Below, piece after piece: positions 1 through 10,024 of a stretch of 46,420 bases of DNA. A program made the position numbers and the translations under genes. The notes beneath the pieces are model-generated. The model was not told where the DNA came from. It saw nothing but the letters and a program-made list of their open reading frames with translations, and ran no database searches. The DNA is from Eubacteriales bacterium (GTDB taxonomy: Bacteria > Bacillota > Clostridia > Oscillospirales > CAG-272), in assembly GCA_045652845.1 (NCBI GenBank), contig JAZOLJ010000104.1:1-46420 (forward strand), in the 5' to 3' direction. The stretch's first letter is position 1; each line of letters begins with the position of its first letter.

Positions 1-212
1 CCGAGAATCAGCACACCCGCCTCAAACTCAATGTGCACGTTGCTTTTCAAAAAGACGGTGGCAAGCACGTAGGTGCCGCGGGGGAAGTATACCTTACCGC
101 CGCCCGCTGCTGCGCAGGCATCCACCGCCGCCTGCACTGCGGCGGTATCAAGTGTAACGCCGTTTGCTGCGGCACCAAATTCCATTACGTTAAATATTTT
201 GTTGTTCATCAT
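1..212 (-). CDS. Partial (5' end) GH28 / pectate-lyase-3-like beta-helix carbohydrate-active enzyme, runs off the left edge
   Basis: Not in the ORF track. Manual translation MMNNKIFNVMEFGAAANGVTLDTAAVQAAVDACAAAGGGKVYFPRGTYVLATVFLKSNVHIEFEAG matches the typical N-terminus of GH28/pectate_lyase_3 proteins. GGAG RBS just upstream (ATG at 212 or 209). Confidence 0.75.
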   Translation of the reverse strand, partial: MMNNKIFNVMEFGAAANGVTLDTAAVQAAVDACAAAGGGKVYFPRGTYVLATVFLKSNVHIEFEAGVLIL

Positions 213-227
213 GATACTCCGTTGTAT

Positions 228-1526
228 TTAAAATGAAGCGTTCATCGCTGCTTCGGTGCCATCCTGCTGCTTTTCTGCTTCCAGCTCGCGGTTGGCGTTT
301 GCCAGCATCAGCTTCAAGCGGTTTTCCTGATTGATGCGAGAGGCACCGGGGTCATAGTCGATCGAAACAAGATTGACGCCGGGGTGGTTTTCACGAATGA
401 TCTTCATCATCCCCTTACCGACAATGTGGTTCGGCAGGCAGCCGAAGGGCTGCGCGCACACCACGTTTTTGGCACCGCCCTCGATCAGCTCAAGCATTTC
501 CGCGGTAAGCAGCCACCCTTCACCCATCTGCACGCCCTCGCTGATATAGCCCTTGATGGCGGCACGCGTTTTTTCAAAATCGGTGGGTGGTGTAAAGTGG
601 CTGTTTTCGCGGTACATACGGATAAAATCAAGCTGCTTACGGCGAAGAAAATCGTAGGCAAGCTTCATCAGGCGGGCGCGGATCCTCTTCATGCCGTAAA
701 GGCGATAATCTACCACGGCGGTGTTGACGGTATACATAAGAAAGTCAAGCAGACCTGCCATCACGGTTTCAGCACCCTCTGCCACCAAAAACTCTTCAAG
801 GTTGTTGTTGGCAAGCGGTGAGAATTTTACGTAGATCTCGCCCACAATGCCCACGCGCACCTTTTTCTCGCCCGTGCGGGGGAGGTTCAGCTCAAAATCC
901 TTCAATATATCTATGTAATTGCGCTGTACCATCTTGTAGTTCAGCTTTTTGCCGCTGTTTAGCTCGGTGACAAGCCGCGCCACCCATTTATCCGCCATTG
1001 CCTGTGTCGAGCCGGGGGTCACCTCATAGGGGCGGCACTGGTTCACAAGGCTCATCAGAAGATCGCCGTAATACACGGCGTAAAGAATACGCTTGCCAAA
1101 GGAGAGGGTCAGCTTAAAGCCGGGGTTTTTTTCAAGACCCGAAACATTGAGGGAAATGACGGGCACCTGCGCAAAGCCGGCTTTTGCCAGCGCCTTGCGA
1201 ATAAGGGTGATGTAATTGGAGGCACGGCAGCCGCCGCCCGTTTGCGTCATCATTACGGCAACCTTATTTACGTCATACTTGCCGCTTTGCAGGGCGTTGA
1301 TGAACTGACCGATGACAAGCAGGGCAGGGTAGCAGGAATCGTTGTGGGTGTATTTGAGGCCGCAATCGATCACGCCCTGTCCCTCGTTTTGCAATAGCTC
1401 TACGCGGTAGCCGTTGTGGCGGAAGATTTCTGCCATGATCTTAAAGTGCATTTCCAGCATGTTGGGCAGCAAAATGGTATAATCCCGCCGCATTTCCTTG
1501 GTAAATATAACGCGCTCGGTTGCCAT
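228..1526 (-). CDS. 2-hydroxyacyl-CoA dehydratase-like protein (partner of the upstream activase)
   Basis: Start re-called at ATG 1526 (MATERVIFTKEM..., RBS GAAAGGGAGG, 1 nt after upstream stop). Motifs NDSCYPAL, QTGGGCRASNY, VGIVGEIYVK, GEGWLL, QPFGCLPNH, NQENRLKLM are typical of this family. Confidence 0.8.
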   Translation of the reverse strand: MATERVIFTKEMRRDYTILLPNMLEMHFKIMAEIFRHNGYRVELLQNEGQGVIDCGLKYTHNDSCYPALLVIGQFINALQSGKYDVNKVAVMMTQTGGGCRASNYITLIRKALAKAGFAQVPVISLNVSGLEKNPGFKLTLSFGKRILYAVYYGDLLMSLVNQCRPYEVTPGSTQAMADKWVARLVTELNSGKKLNYKMVQRNYIDILKDFELNLPRTGEKKVRVGIVGEIYVKFSPLANNNLEEFLVAEGAETVMAGLLDFLMYTVNTAVVDYRLYGMKRIRARLMKLAYDFLRRKQLDFIRMYRENSHFTPPTDFEKTRAAIKGYISEGVQMGEGWLLTAEMLELIEGGAKNVVCAQPFGCLPNHIVGKGMMKIIRENHPGVNLVSIDYDPGASRINQENRLKLMLANANRELEAEKQQDGTEAAMNASF

Positions 1527-1527
1527 A

Positions 1528-4482
1528 TCAAGCCCTCCCTTTCTGCTGGTCAAGCGCGCCGATAAGGCTGCGCAAGCGAATGGTGACAGCACCCAGATTG
1601 GTGATCTCGTCGATTTTGATCTGTGTGTAAAGCTTATTGCCATCCTCAAGAATGCTGCGCACCTCGTCGGTGGTAATGGCATCAATGCCGCAGCCAAAGG
1701 ATACCAGCTGCACCAGCTCCGCGCCCTTTGTTTCGGTTACGAATTTGGCGGCGTTGTAAAGGCGTGCGTGGTAGGTCCATTGGTTGAGTGCCGAGGGGCG
1801 CGCGGGGGAGGTGGCAAGATGTGCCACGGCATCCTCACTCACGACCGCAAAGCCAAGGGTGGTGGCAAGGCGGTCGATGCTGTGCCCGATCTCGGGGTCA
1901 ATGTGGTAGGGCCTGCCCGATAGCACCATGAGCCGAACCCCCTCGCGCTTGGCGCGTGCCACGGCACGCTCGCCCTCGCGGCGGATCTTTTTCATGTGCG
2001 CGTCGTACGCCTGCTTGGCGGCACGCACAGCTGCTGCTACCTCGCGCCTCGTAAAGCCGCCGAATTCGGCACTCAGAAAGGTGAGCAGCTCTGCGGTCAG
2101 CTGCTTATCGTCGTTGACGTTCAGGTAAGGGTAAAGGAAGCGCACGGAGGAGAGCGAATCCATATTGTGCTGTAGCAGCTCGGAGTAGTATGCCACTACG
2201 GGGCAGTTGTAGCAGTTATCCGCCACGCGCTCATCTACGTTGCGCGTCATGGCAGGGTAAAAGATGGCATCTACACCATCCTCGATCAGCTGCTCGATAT
2301 GACCGTGCATGATCTTGGCGGGGTAGCACGCGGTATCCGAGGGGATGCTGTACTGCCCCTTTTGATAGAGCTTGCGATTCGAGAAGCCCGAAAAGCGCAC
2401 GCCAAAGCCGAGTGCGCGGAAAAGTGCATACCAAAACGGCCCCAGCTCATACATGCCAAGTGCCAGCGGCAGCCCTACGGTAAAGCCGCGCCGACCCTCG
2501 ATCGGCTTCATGGTGGCAAACAGGTCGCGCTTGTAGGCGTGAAGGTTGGGCAGAGGATTTTCTGCAGCGCGCTTGCCTGCTCCTCGCTCGCACTTGTTGC
2601 CCGAAATGAATTTTTCACCGTCTGCAAAGGTGTTGACGGTGATATTGCAGTTATTGGTGCAGGCGTGGCAAACGGCAGCCTTTGAGGTGTGGGTAAAGCC
2701 TTTTAGCTGCTCACGTGTGAGCATAGAGGAGATCTCCCCCGCGGTGGACTGTGCATACAGTGCCGCGCCCCACGCGCCCATCAGCCCTGCAATAGCGGGG
2801 CGAATGACGGTGCGACCGAGCTCGCGCTCAAAGCTGCGCAGTACGGCGTCGTTTAAAAAGGTACCGCCCTGCACCACAATATTGTCGCCAAGCTCATCGG
2901 CACTGCCTGCGCGAATGACCTTGTAAATGGCATTTTTTACAACCGACACCGAAAGGCCCGCTGAAATATCGCCAACCGTTGCACCGTCCTTTTGGGCTTG
3001 CTTGACGGAGGAATTCATAAACACCGTGCAGCGCGAGCCAAGGTCAACGGGGGCATCGGCAAAGAGTGCCAGCCTTGCAAACTCCTCGGTTTCGTAGCCA
3101 AGGGATTTGGCAAAGGTTTCAATAAACGAGCCGCAGCCCGAGGAGCAAGCCTCGTTTAGCATAATGCTGTCAATGGCACCTGCGCGGATCTTAAAGCATT
3201 TGATGTCTTGTCCGCCGATGTCGAGAATAAAATCCACACGGGGATTAAAATAGCGTGCGGCGGTAAAGTGCGCCATGGTTTCAACCAGCCCGTGGTCAAG
3301 GTGAAAGGCGTGGCGGATCAGCTCCTCGCCGTAGCCCGTTACTGCCGCTGATCGGATCTTGACGCGGTCACCGCAAAGCGCATAGATCTCCTCTAACTGC
3401 TCCTTTACAATGCCAACGGGGTTGCCTTTGTTTGAGTTGTAGTAGGTATAAAGCAGCTTGTGATCCTCATCCATTAGCACCAGCTTTGTGGTGGTAGAGC
3501 CGCAGTCAATGCCAAGGTAGGCATTGCCCGTGTAGGTTGCCGGGTCGGCGTACTGCACCGATGCCGCGGCGTGGCGCGCGCGGAAGGCGGCGTATTCCTT
3601 TTTATCGGTAAAAAGAGGCGCAAGGCTTGAGGCCTCCATTTTTGCCGTGGCGGAGTTTTCCACGCGCGCAGTCAGCTCGTCATACGTAAAGGTGTCGTTC
3701 AGCCCTGCCGCATAAAACGCAGCGCCCAGTGCCACTGAAATGCGGGCGTAGGGCGGGAAAACGGCATTTTCGGGCGCGAGCCTTAAAACGTGCACAAACT
3801 GCTGCCGAAGCCCCTCGTTGAAGGAAAGAGGGCCGCCGAGAAACATGACCTTGCCCGCAATCCTTCTGCCCTGTGCAAGACCCGCAATGGTTTGGTTTAC
3901 CACCGCACGGAAAATGCTTGCCGCAATATCCGCCTTGGCAGCACCCTGATTTAAAAGGGGCTGAATGTCGGTTTTGGCAAATACGCCGCAGCGAGAGGCG
4001 ATGGGGTAGATGCGCGTTGCTTCAAGGCTGAGGCGGTCAAGCTCCTCGACCGTGAGGTCAAGCAGGGTCGCCATCTGATCGATAAATGCACCCGTGCCGC
4101 CGGCACATGTGCCGTTCATACGCTCGTCGGTGCCGCCGTCAAAGAAAATAACCTTGGCATCCTCGCCGCCAAGCTCTACCACAACGTTGGTATCGGGCTC
4201 AAGGCGGCGAACGGTCTCGCCGGTGGCAAAGACCTCCTGCACGAAGGGGAGGTCTGCCGCGCGCGCAAGCCCAAGCCCTGCCGAGCCCGATACGGCAACG
4301 CGAACGGGCTCCTCACCGATGAGGTCCTTGAGGCGCGTGAGAATTTCGAGCGTTTTTTGGCGCACCTGCGAAAAGTGACGCTCGTAGCATTCGTATCGTA
4401 TTTCCTCACCTTGGGCAAGTACCACCTTTGCGGTGGTAGAGCCAATGTCTATGCCCAGGGTGAGTGCTTTTTTGTTTTCCAT
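1528..4482 (-). CDS. Acyl-CoA dehydratase activase-related protein (two BadF/BadG/BcrA/BcrD ASKHA ATPase modules plus DUF2229-like region)
   Basis: GIDIGSTTAK...ELGGEDAK...CAGGTGAF...SRCGVFAK repeated as GIDCGSTTTK...DIGGQDIK...CSSGCGSF...SRCTVFMNS; CxxCxNxC and SGNKCER linker; SDTACYPAK, SFGCGIDA in the C-terminal part. Confidence 0.88.
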   Translation of the reverse strand: MENKKALTLGIDIGSTTAKVVLAQGEEIRYECYERHFSQVRQKTLEILTRLKDLIGEEPVRVAVSGSAGLGLARAADLPFVQEVFATGETVRRLEPDTNVVVELGGEDAKVIFFDGGTDERMNGTCAGGTGAFIDQMATLLDLTVEELDRLSLEATRIYPIASRCGVFAKTDIQPLLNQGAAKADIAASIFRAVVNQTIAGLAQGRRIAGKVMFLGGPLSFNEGLRQQFVHVLRLAPENAVFPPYARISVALGAAFYAAGLNDTFTYDELTARVENSATAKMEASSLAPLFTDKKEYAAFRARHAAASVQYADPATYTGNAYLGIDCGSTTTKLVLMDEDHKLLYTYYNSNKGNPVGIVKEQLEEIYALCGDRVKIRSAAVTGYGEELIRHAFHLDHGLVETMAHFTAARYFNPRVDFILDIGGQDIKCFKIRAGAIDSIMLNEACSSGCGSFIETFAKSLGYETEEFARLALFADAPVDLGSRCTVFMNSSVKQAQKDGATVGDISAGLSVSVVKNAIYKVIRAGSADELGDNIVVQGGTFLNDAVLRSFERELGRTVIRPAIAGLMGAWGAALYAQSTAGEISSMLTREQLKGFTHTSKAAVCHACTNNCNITVNTFADGEKFISGNKCERGAGKRAAENPLPNLHAYKRDLFATMKPIEGRRGFTVGLPLALGMYELGPFWYALFRALGFGVRFSGFSNRKLYQKGQYSIPSDTACYPAKIMHGHIEQLIEDGVDAIFYPAMTRNVDERVADNCYNCPVVAYYSELLQHNMDSLSSVRFLYPYLNVNDDKQLTAELLTFLSAEFGGFTRREVAAAVRAAKQAYDAHMKKIRREGERAVARAKREGVRLMVLSGRPYHIDPEIGHSIDRLATTLGFAVVSEDAVAHLATSPARPSALNQWTYHARLYNAAKFVTETKGAELVQLVSFGCGIDAITTDEVRSILEDGNKLYTQIKIDEITNLGAVTIRLRSLIGALDQQKGRA

Positions 4483-4492
4483 ATGTACTCCC

Positions 4493-4534
4493 TAAAAGTA
4501 CGGGGCTGCTCGCCGTTTTGCGCGCAGCCCCGTA
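4493..4534 (-). terminator. Probable intrinsic terminator after ftsH
   Basis: 11-bp inverted repeat TACGGGGCTGC (4499-4509) / GCAGCCCCGTA (4524-4534), followed on the minus strand by CTTTTA (short U-tract). Confidence 0.55.
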
Positions 4535-4539
4535 TGCGG

Positions 4540-6669
4540 TTAAGCCTCGGGGCGGTTATCGTTGCTGTCGCGATCTTCCTGTTGGTCAGCGTTACCGTCC
4601 TCGTCCGCGGCGGGCATTTGCATGCCGTTGCTTGCGGCGGGTGCGGCAAATTCGTTTTTGGCAAAGCGGCTGTCGGAGAAGTCGGCGGCAAGTGCTGCAT
4701 CGCGCGCTGCCTGCTCGGCGGCTTCGCGGTCTGCCTTGGCGCGTGCCTCGTTTTCCTGCTTGCTGCGGGCGCGCTTTTCTTCAGCCATTGCCTCAAGCTC
4801 CTCTGCGGTCACGTCGTCGCGCTCCATGGCGGCGGCAAACTGGTCGCCCTCCATAAGCTCGTTTTTGAGAAGGAATTCTGCTACAAAATCAAGCTTGCTG
4901 CGGTGCTCGGTCAGCACACGCTTGGCGGTTTCATAGCCCTCGTCAAGCAGTGCCTTGATCTCCTTGTCAATGAGTGCCGCGGTTTCGGGCGAATAGTTAG
5001 TGCCGCTTGAAAAATCTCTGCCAAGGAACACCTCGCTGTCGGCAGTGCCGTACTTGACGGGCCCCAGCAGATCGGACATGCCAAGCTGTGTTACCATCTT
5101 GCGCGCAATGTCGGTGGCGCGCTCAATGTCGTTGGAGGCACCGCCCGAAATATCGCCAAACACAATAGCCTCGGCAACGCGGCCGCCAAGCAGCTCGGCG
5201 ATCTTTTCCTTTAGCTCCTGCTTATATACGCTGTATTTATCCTCTGCGGGCAGGCTCATGGTGTAGCCGAGCGCGCGGCCCGAGGGGACGATGGAGATCT
5301 GATGCACGGCGTCAAGGTGGGGCAGGATATGCGAAACGATGGCGTGACCCGCCTCGTGGAAGGCGGTGTTTTTGCGCTCGCGCTCGTTCATCACGCGAGA
5401 AGCCTTTTTGGGGCCTGCGATCACGCGGATAAAGGCATCGTCAATGTCATCCATGCCAATCAGGCTCTTGCCGCGCCTTGCCGCAAGCAGTGCTGCCTCG
5501 TTTAACAGGTTTGCAAGATCTGCGCCCGTAAAGCCTGCGGTCTTTTTGGCGATCACGGAAAGATCGACCGATGCCTCAAGCGGCTTTTTGCGCACGTGCA
5601 CCCCGAGGATCGCCTCGCGTTCCTTTACATCGGGTGCATCCACCGTGATCTGGCGGTCAAAGCGGCCGGGGCGCAGCAGGGCGGGGTCAAGAATATCGGG
5701 GCGGTTGGTGGCGGCAATCACGATAATGCCGTCGTGCGACCCAAACCCGTCCATTTCTACCAAAAGCTGATTGAGGGTCTGCTCGCGCTCGTCGTGACCG
5801 CCGCCAAGACCCGCACCGCGGTGGCGACCCACCGCATCGATCTCGTCGATAAAGATGATGCTTGCGGGGGTCTTGCGTGCGGTTTCAAAAAGGTCGCGCA
5901 CACGCGAGGCACCCACGCCCACGTACATTTCTACAAAATCAGAGCCCGAAAGCGAGTAAAAGGGAACGCCCGCCTCGCCTGCAACTGCCTTGGCAAGCAG
6001 GGTCTTACCCGTACCGGGAGGGCCCACAAGCAGCACGCCGTGGGGAATTTTTGCACCAAGCCTGGTGAATTTCGTGGGGTCCTTCAAAAATTCTACGATC
6101 TCCTCAAGCTCCTGCTTTTCCTCGTTTGAGCCTGCCACGTCCTCAAAGGTGATATGCTCCTTGGTGTCTGCGGCGGTTTTGGCGCGTGCCTTGCCAAAGC
6201 TGTTCAGCTTTGAGCCGGGGCCGCCTGCCGAGCGCATCATAAAGAACCACAAAAGCCCAAATACCACCAGGATCAGCAAATAGGGCAGCAGGCTGACCCA
6301 CCAAGGGTAGGTGGTCTGCGGCTCAATGTCGTAGGTCTTGAGGTTGGTGTTGGTTTTTTTCACGTAGTCGCCGCAGTATTCGTTGAAAAGATCAAGCGAG
6401 CGCAGCTGATAGGAAACGTCGGTCGTTGCAAAGCTGCCGTCGGCATTGGTTTTGAGGCTGCCGTCGGCGTTTTGCTCAATGACCTTCAAGGTGATGTAGT
6501 AGCTTTCGTCAATGACAAAGGATACCACTCTGTTGCTTTCAAAGTAGGCAACAACGTCGCCAAGCACGATCTTTTCTTCCTTCGTGCTCTGGAAGATGGT
6601 TGCCACCACGCCGATGATCACGGCGATCAGCAAAAGATAAAGGAGTATTGATTTGATGTGATGTTTCAT
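4540..6669 (-). CDS. ftsH: ATP-dependent zinc metalloprotease FtsH
   Basis: Two N-terminal TM segments, Walker A GPPGTGKT, Walker [32 protein letters not shown] ([20 protein letters not shown]), zinc motif [23 protein letters not shown]. Confidence 0.97.
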   Translation of the reverse strand: MKHHIKSILLYLLLIAVIIGVVATIFQSTKEEKIVLGDVVAYFESNRVVSFVIDESYYITLKVIEQNADGSLKTNADGSFATTDVSYQLRSLDLFNEYCGDYVKKTNTNLKTYDIEPQTTYPWWVSLLPYLLILVVFGLLWFFMMRSAGGPGSKLNSFGKARAKTAADTKEHITFEDVAGSNEEKQELEEIVEFLKDPTKFTRLGAKIPHGVLLVGPPGTGKTLLAKAVAGEAGVPFYSLSGSDFVEMYVGVGASRVRDLFETARKTPASIIFIDEIDAVGRHRGAGLGGGHDEREQTLNQLLVEMDGFGSHDGIIVIAATNRPDILDPALLRPGRFDRQITVDAPDVKEREAILGVHVRKKPLEASVDLSVIAKKTAGFTGADLANLLNEAALLAARRGKSLIGMDDIDDAFIRVIAGPKKASRVMNERERKNTAFHEAGHAIVSHILPHLDAVHQISIVPSGRALGYTMSLPAEDKYSVYKQELKEKIAELLGGRVAEAIVFGDISGGASNDIERATDIARKMVTQLGMSDLLGPVKYGTADSEVFLGRDFSSGTNYSPETAALIDKEIKALLDEGYETAKRVLTEHRSKLDFVAEFLLKNELMEGDQFAAAMERDDVTAEELEAMAEEKRARSKQENEARAKADREAAEQAARDAALAADFSDSRFAKNEFAAPAASNGMQMPAADEDGNADQQEDRDSNDNRPEA

Positions 6670-6775
6670 TTGTTCCTCCGTGTGGGATTATTGGTATGTT
6701 ATATACGGCGGATCACGGCGGCGCGTGCCGCGGATCGCGATGCTATCAAGGGGGAAGCCCCGCCGAGGGGCGGGG

Positions 6776-8119
6776 TCAGTTAAAATAAAATTCTACAATA
6801 AGATCCGCGTTTTTGGTGGCTCCGTCACGCACGGGGCCAAAGGGGATGGCAAGTATGCCTTGCTCATCTGCCAGCAGGGGCATGCGTGCGCGCACCTCGG
6901 GGGGGAGATGGCGAAGCGTACCAAGACGCCGCACCGATTTGTGCATGCGACCCGCAAGAACGGTGTCGCCCTCGGCGCGTGCGCGTGCGTACGGCTCGCC
7001 GAGCATGGCGGTGCTGCAAAGCTTTTGCGCGGTGTGATACTTGTAGTGTGCGGTAAGCTCTTTTCGTATAGTTTCACCCACACCGCCGAAAATTACAAGC
7101 GCATCGGCGGGTTTTATCTCGTTTTCGCTCTGACACAGCAAAATACGGTAGTCTTTTTTGTCAAGTGCCTCACGGCTTGTGACCGTCAGCCTGCCGTTCT
7201 CTTTGCGCAAAACCGTTTTTGGGGGCAGGGAGAGCGATGCGTGCGGCTTTTTGCTTTCAAGCAGCGCGCAGATCGCCGCGAAATGCGCGGCGGTGGGTGG
7301 CTCGGGCAACAGCTGCTGCATCACGCGCAAAAGGATCGGCTGCGGCAAAAGGCGCAGGGCGTCAAGTGACGGCTCGCTGCCCTCGCGTGCCAAAAAGTCT
7401 GTGGCAAGACCGTTTAAATATTGCTCGTCAGCGGTCAGTGCCTCGGCACAGCGCGCCGCCATAAGGGGGGCGTTTGGCTGTAGCTTTGTGAGGAGTGGCA
7501 GCACGCGCAGTCGCAAAAAATTGCGCTGGCAGCAGATCTCCTCGTTGGTGCTGTCTGTCACGTAGCTTAAATTTTTTGCCGTGAGGTAGGAGAGCAGATC
7601 CGCTTTTTTGATAGCGAGCAACGGGCGCACCACAAGGAGCCCGTCACCCAGTGGGCGGCAGGCGGGAATGCCGCAAAGCCCGCGCGTGCCGCTGCCGCGC
7701 AGCAGATGCTGCAGCATGGTTTCGAGCTGATCGTCGGCATGGTGCGCGGTGGCAAGCAACGGAATGCCGCGCTCACGCATCAGTGCCGCGAGAGCCGCAT
7801 AGCGCGCCTCGCGCGCGGCGGTTTCAAGGCTCTCGCCCGTTTCCCGCGCCCTCGCGGGGGCATCCACGCGCAAAAGATGAAAGGGAATACCAAGGGATGC
7901 GGCAAGCCCCTCGCAAAACGCCGCGTCGCGGTCTGCCTCGGCACCGCGAATGCCGTGGTGCACGTGTACGGCACAAATGTTTTGCTTATCGCGCAGGAGC
8001 GAGAGCAGTGCCACCGAATCGGCACCGCCCGAAAGCGCCACCGCAAGGGGAGTGTCCTGCGCCAAGCCCGCAAGCTCGTGCGGGTCGCGAAGCCCCTTTA
8101 GAGGTTGTGCCTTTTTCAT
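6776..8119 (-). CDS. tilS: tRNA(Ile)-lysidine synthetase TilS
   Basis: PP-loop ALSGGADS, HVHHGIRG, TAHHADDQLET, RPLL, DSTN, RNFLR. Start re-called at ATG 8119, overlapping the dnaB stop (TAATG). Confidence 0.92.
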   Translation of the reverse strand: MKKAQPLKGLRDPHELAGLAQDTPLAVALSGGADSVALLSLLRDKQNICAVHVHHGIRGAEADRDAAFCEGLAASLGIPFHLLRVDAPARARETGESLETAAREARYAALAALMRERGIPLLATAHHADDQLETMLQHLLRGSGTRGLCGIPACRPLGDGLLVVRPLLAIKKADLLSYLTAKNLSYVTDSTNEEICCQRNFLRLRVLPLLTKLQPNAPLMAARCAEALTADEQYLNGLATDFLAREGSEPSLDALRLLPQPILLRVMQQLLPEPPTAAHFAAICALLESKKPHASLSLPPKTVLRKENGRLTVTSREALDKKDYRILLCQSENEIKPADALVIFGGVGETIRKELTAHYKYHTAQKLCSTAMLGEPYARARAEGDTVLAGRMHKSVRRLGTLRHLPPEVRARMPLLADEQGILAIPFGPVRDGATKNADLIVEFYFN

Positions 8120-9483
8120 TACGGTTCTTCTCGCGCGGTGTCGATGGTGCGGAACTTGGTGTAGGTGCCCAGCCACCCCATCTTCACGTTGCCGGTCGAG
8201 CCGTGACGGTTCTTTTGGATAATGACCTCTGCGATGTTGCCCTCCTTTTGGTCGGGATCGCGGGAGGTATTATAGTATTCGTCACGGTAAAGGAACATAA
8301 CGACGTCCGCATCCTGCTCGATCGCACCCGAGTCACGCAGGTCGGAGAGCTGGGGACGCTTGTCGGTTCTGCCCTCGGGACCACGGGAGAGCTGTGCGCA
8401 GCAAAGGATCGGCACACGCAGCTCCTTTGCCATGAGCTTCAGACCGCGCGAGATCACGCTGACCTCAAGCGCGCGGTTGTCGTAATGCTGCTCGCTTTCC
8501 ATCAGGCCCAGGTAGTCAACCACCACAAGGCCGAGATTTTCTACGCGGCGCAGCTTCGCCTTCATGGCGGTTACGGTAATGCCCGAGGTGTCGTCGATCA
8601 AAATATCGGTGGCGGAGAGGCGCATGGAGGCATCGGCAATTTTTTTCCAATCCTCGGGCTGCAGCTGCCCCGAGCGCAGGCTGTAGCTATCCACCAACGC
8701 CTCACTCGCGATCATACGCGAGGCAAGCTGCTCGGCAGACATCTCAAGAGAAAACAGGCACACCTTTTTGCCCGAGGAGAGCGCCACGTTGGTGGCAACG
8801 TTCAGGGCAAAGGCAGTTTTACCCATACCGGGGCGTGCACCAACCAGAATGAGGTCGGAGTCCCCCATGCCGACGAGCAGCTTATCCACGCCCGAGAAGC
8901 CCGTGGGCGTGCCGGTTGCGGCATCCTTGTCGGTTTGCAGGCGGTGCAGGTTTTCAAGCACGTCACGCAGGACGTCGCGAATGTGGCGGAAGCTGCGCGA
9001 ATCACGCCCCTGCGCGATCTCGGTAAAGCGGCTTTGCGCGAGGTCCAGCACCTGTGCTACGCCCTCCTGCTCGCCGTAGGTAAGCTCGGAGATCTCACCG
9101 CACACCTCAATGATGCGGCGGCGGGTGCTTTCTTCCTTGACAATGCGCGCGTAATCGGCAATGTTCATGGCACTGGGCGTGACGTCAAGCAGCGAACGGA
9201 TATAGCTTTCACCGCCCGATTTTTCGTATACGCCCTTGTGCACGAGAGAATCGATCAGCGTGACGGGGTCGATTTCTTGGCTCGCATCAAATAGCTCGCG
9301 CATGGCAAGATAGATCTGCTTGTGCTCCTGCACGTAAAAATCATCCGCGCCGATGCTTGCCGCGATCTCGGTGATCGAGTTCGGGTCAATGAGGATAGAG
9401 CCGAGCAGGGCGCGCTCCGCAGAGAGGGAGCAGGGCATCTTGCGCGCGAGCATATCCTCGCTTCTTACTGCTTCGTTATTCAT
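8119..9483 (-). CDS. dnaB: Replicative DNA helicase DnaB (DnaC in B. subtilis nomenclature)
   Basis: AERALLGSIL N-terminus, Walker A GARPGMGKT, FSLEMS, VVDYL, QLSR, PQLSDLRDSGAIEQDAD, KNRHG. Start placed at ATG 9483 (GAGG RBS). Confidence 0.96.
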   Translation of the reverse strand: MNNEAVRSEDMLARKMPCSLSAERALLGSILIDPNSITEIAASIGADDFYVQEHKQIYLAMRELFDASQEIDPVTLIDSLVHKGVYEKSGGESYIRSLLDVTPSAMNIADYARIVKEESTRRRIIEVCGEISELTYGEQEGVAQVLDLAQSRFTEIAQGRDSRSFRHIRDVLRDVLENLHRLQTDKDAATGTPTGFSGVDKLLVGMGDSDLILVGARPGMGKTAFALNVATNVALSSGKKVCLFSLEMSAEQLASRMIASEALVDSYSLRSGQLQPEDWKKIADASMRLSATDILIDDTSGITVTAMKAKLRRVENLGLVVVDYLGLMESEQHYDNRALEVSVISRGLKLMAKELRVPILCCAQLSRGPEGRTDKRPQLSDLRDSGAIEQDADVVMFLYRDEYYNTSRDPDQKEGNIAEVIIQKNRHGSTGNVKMGWLGTYTKFRTIDTAREEP

Positions 9484-9493
9484 AGCCGTTGCC

Positions 9494-9940
9494 TCAAGCA
9501 TCTGTTACAATAACGTGGATCTTGCCCGAAACGTCTGTGTAAAGACGCACGTCAAGATCGTAGGTGCCGTATGCCTTGATGGGGGCGGGCAGCGCGATCT
9601 TGCGCTTATCCACGGTAACGCCGTGCTCCTTTTCAAGCTTCTCGGCAATTTCCTTGGAGGTCACCGACCCGTAAAGGTGTCCGTCAGCCCCCGCACCCAC
9701 CTTGATCTTTACCGTAATGCTCTCAAGCCTTTTGGCAATATCCTTGGCTGCGGCGCGCTCGGTGTCGATCTTGTGCTGCTTGGCAGCCTCTTTGTTTTTC
9801 AGCTCTGTCATAGATTGGTTGTCGGCGGGCACTGCCAGCTTGCGGGGAAGCAGAAAATTGCGTGCGTATCCGTCGGATACCTCGATCAGCTGGTCCTTTT
9901 TGCCCTGTCCCTTTACGTCGGCTGTAAGAATGACTTTCAT
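9494..9940 (-). CDS. rplI: 50S ribosomal protein L9
   Basis: MKVILTADVKGQGKKDQLIEVSDGYARNFLLP, LYGSVTSKEIA; 148 aa from ATG 9940 with AGAAAGGA RBS; canonical gdpP-rplI-dnaB order. Confidence 0.97.
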   Translation of the reverse strand: MKVILTADVKGQGKKDQLIEVSDGYARNFLLPRKLAVPADNQSMTELKNKEAAKQHKIDTERAAAKDIAKRLESITVKIKVGAGADGHLYGSVTSKEIAEKLEKEHGVTVDKRKIALPAPIKAYGTYDLDVRLYTDVSGKIHVIVTDA

Positions 9941-10024
9941 AAAAACGTTCCTTTCTTTATCGCGCAATCGCGTATCGTGTGCGTGCTGCATAGCGGCACG
10001 GCTGCTTATGAGTGATATTGGCGG

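Noticed and set aside
7651-9294. Long antisense ORFs (547 aa here; also 10031-11074, 14105-15250, 15957-17297, 17307-18845, 19349-20689, 29282-30613, 34780-35898, 38884-40218, 43952-44929)
   Set aside because: Shadow frames opposite well-supported genes, expected from codon bias in GC-rich DNA; no recognisable motifs.
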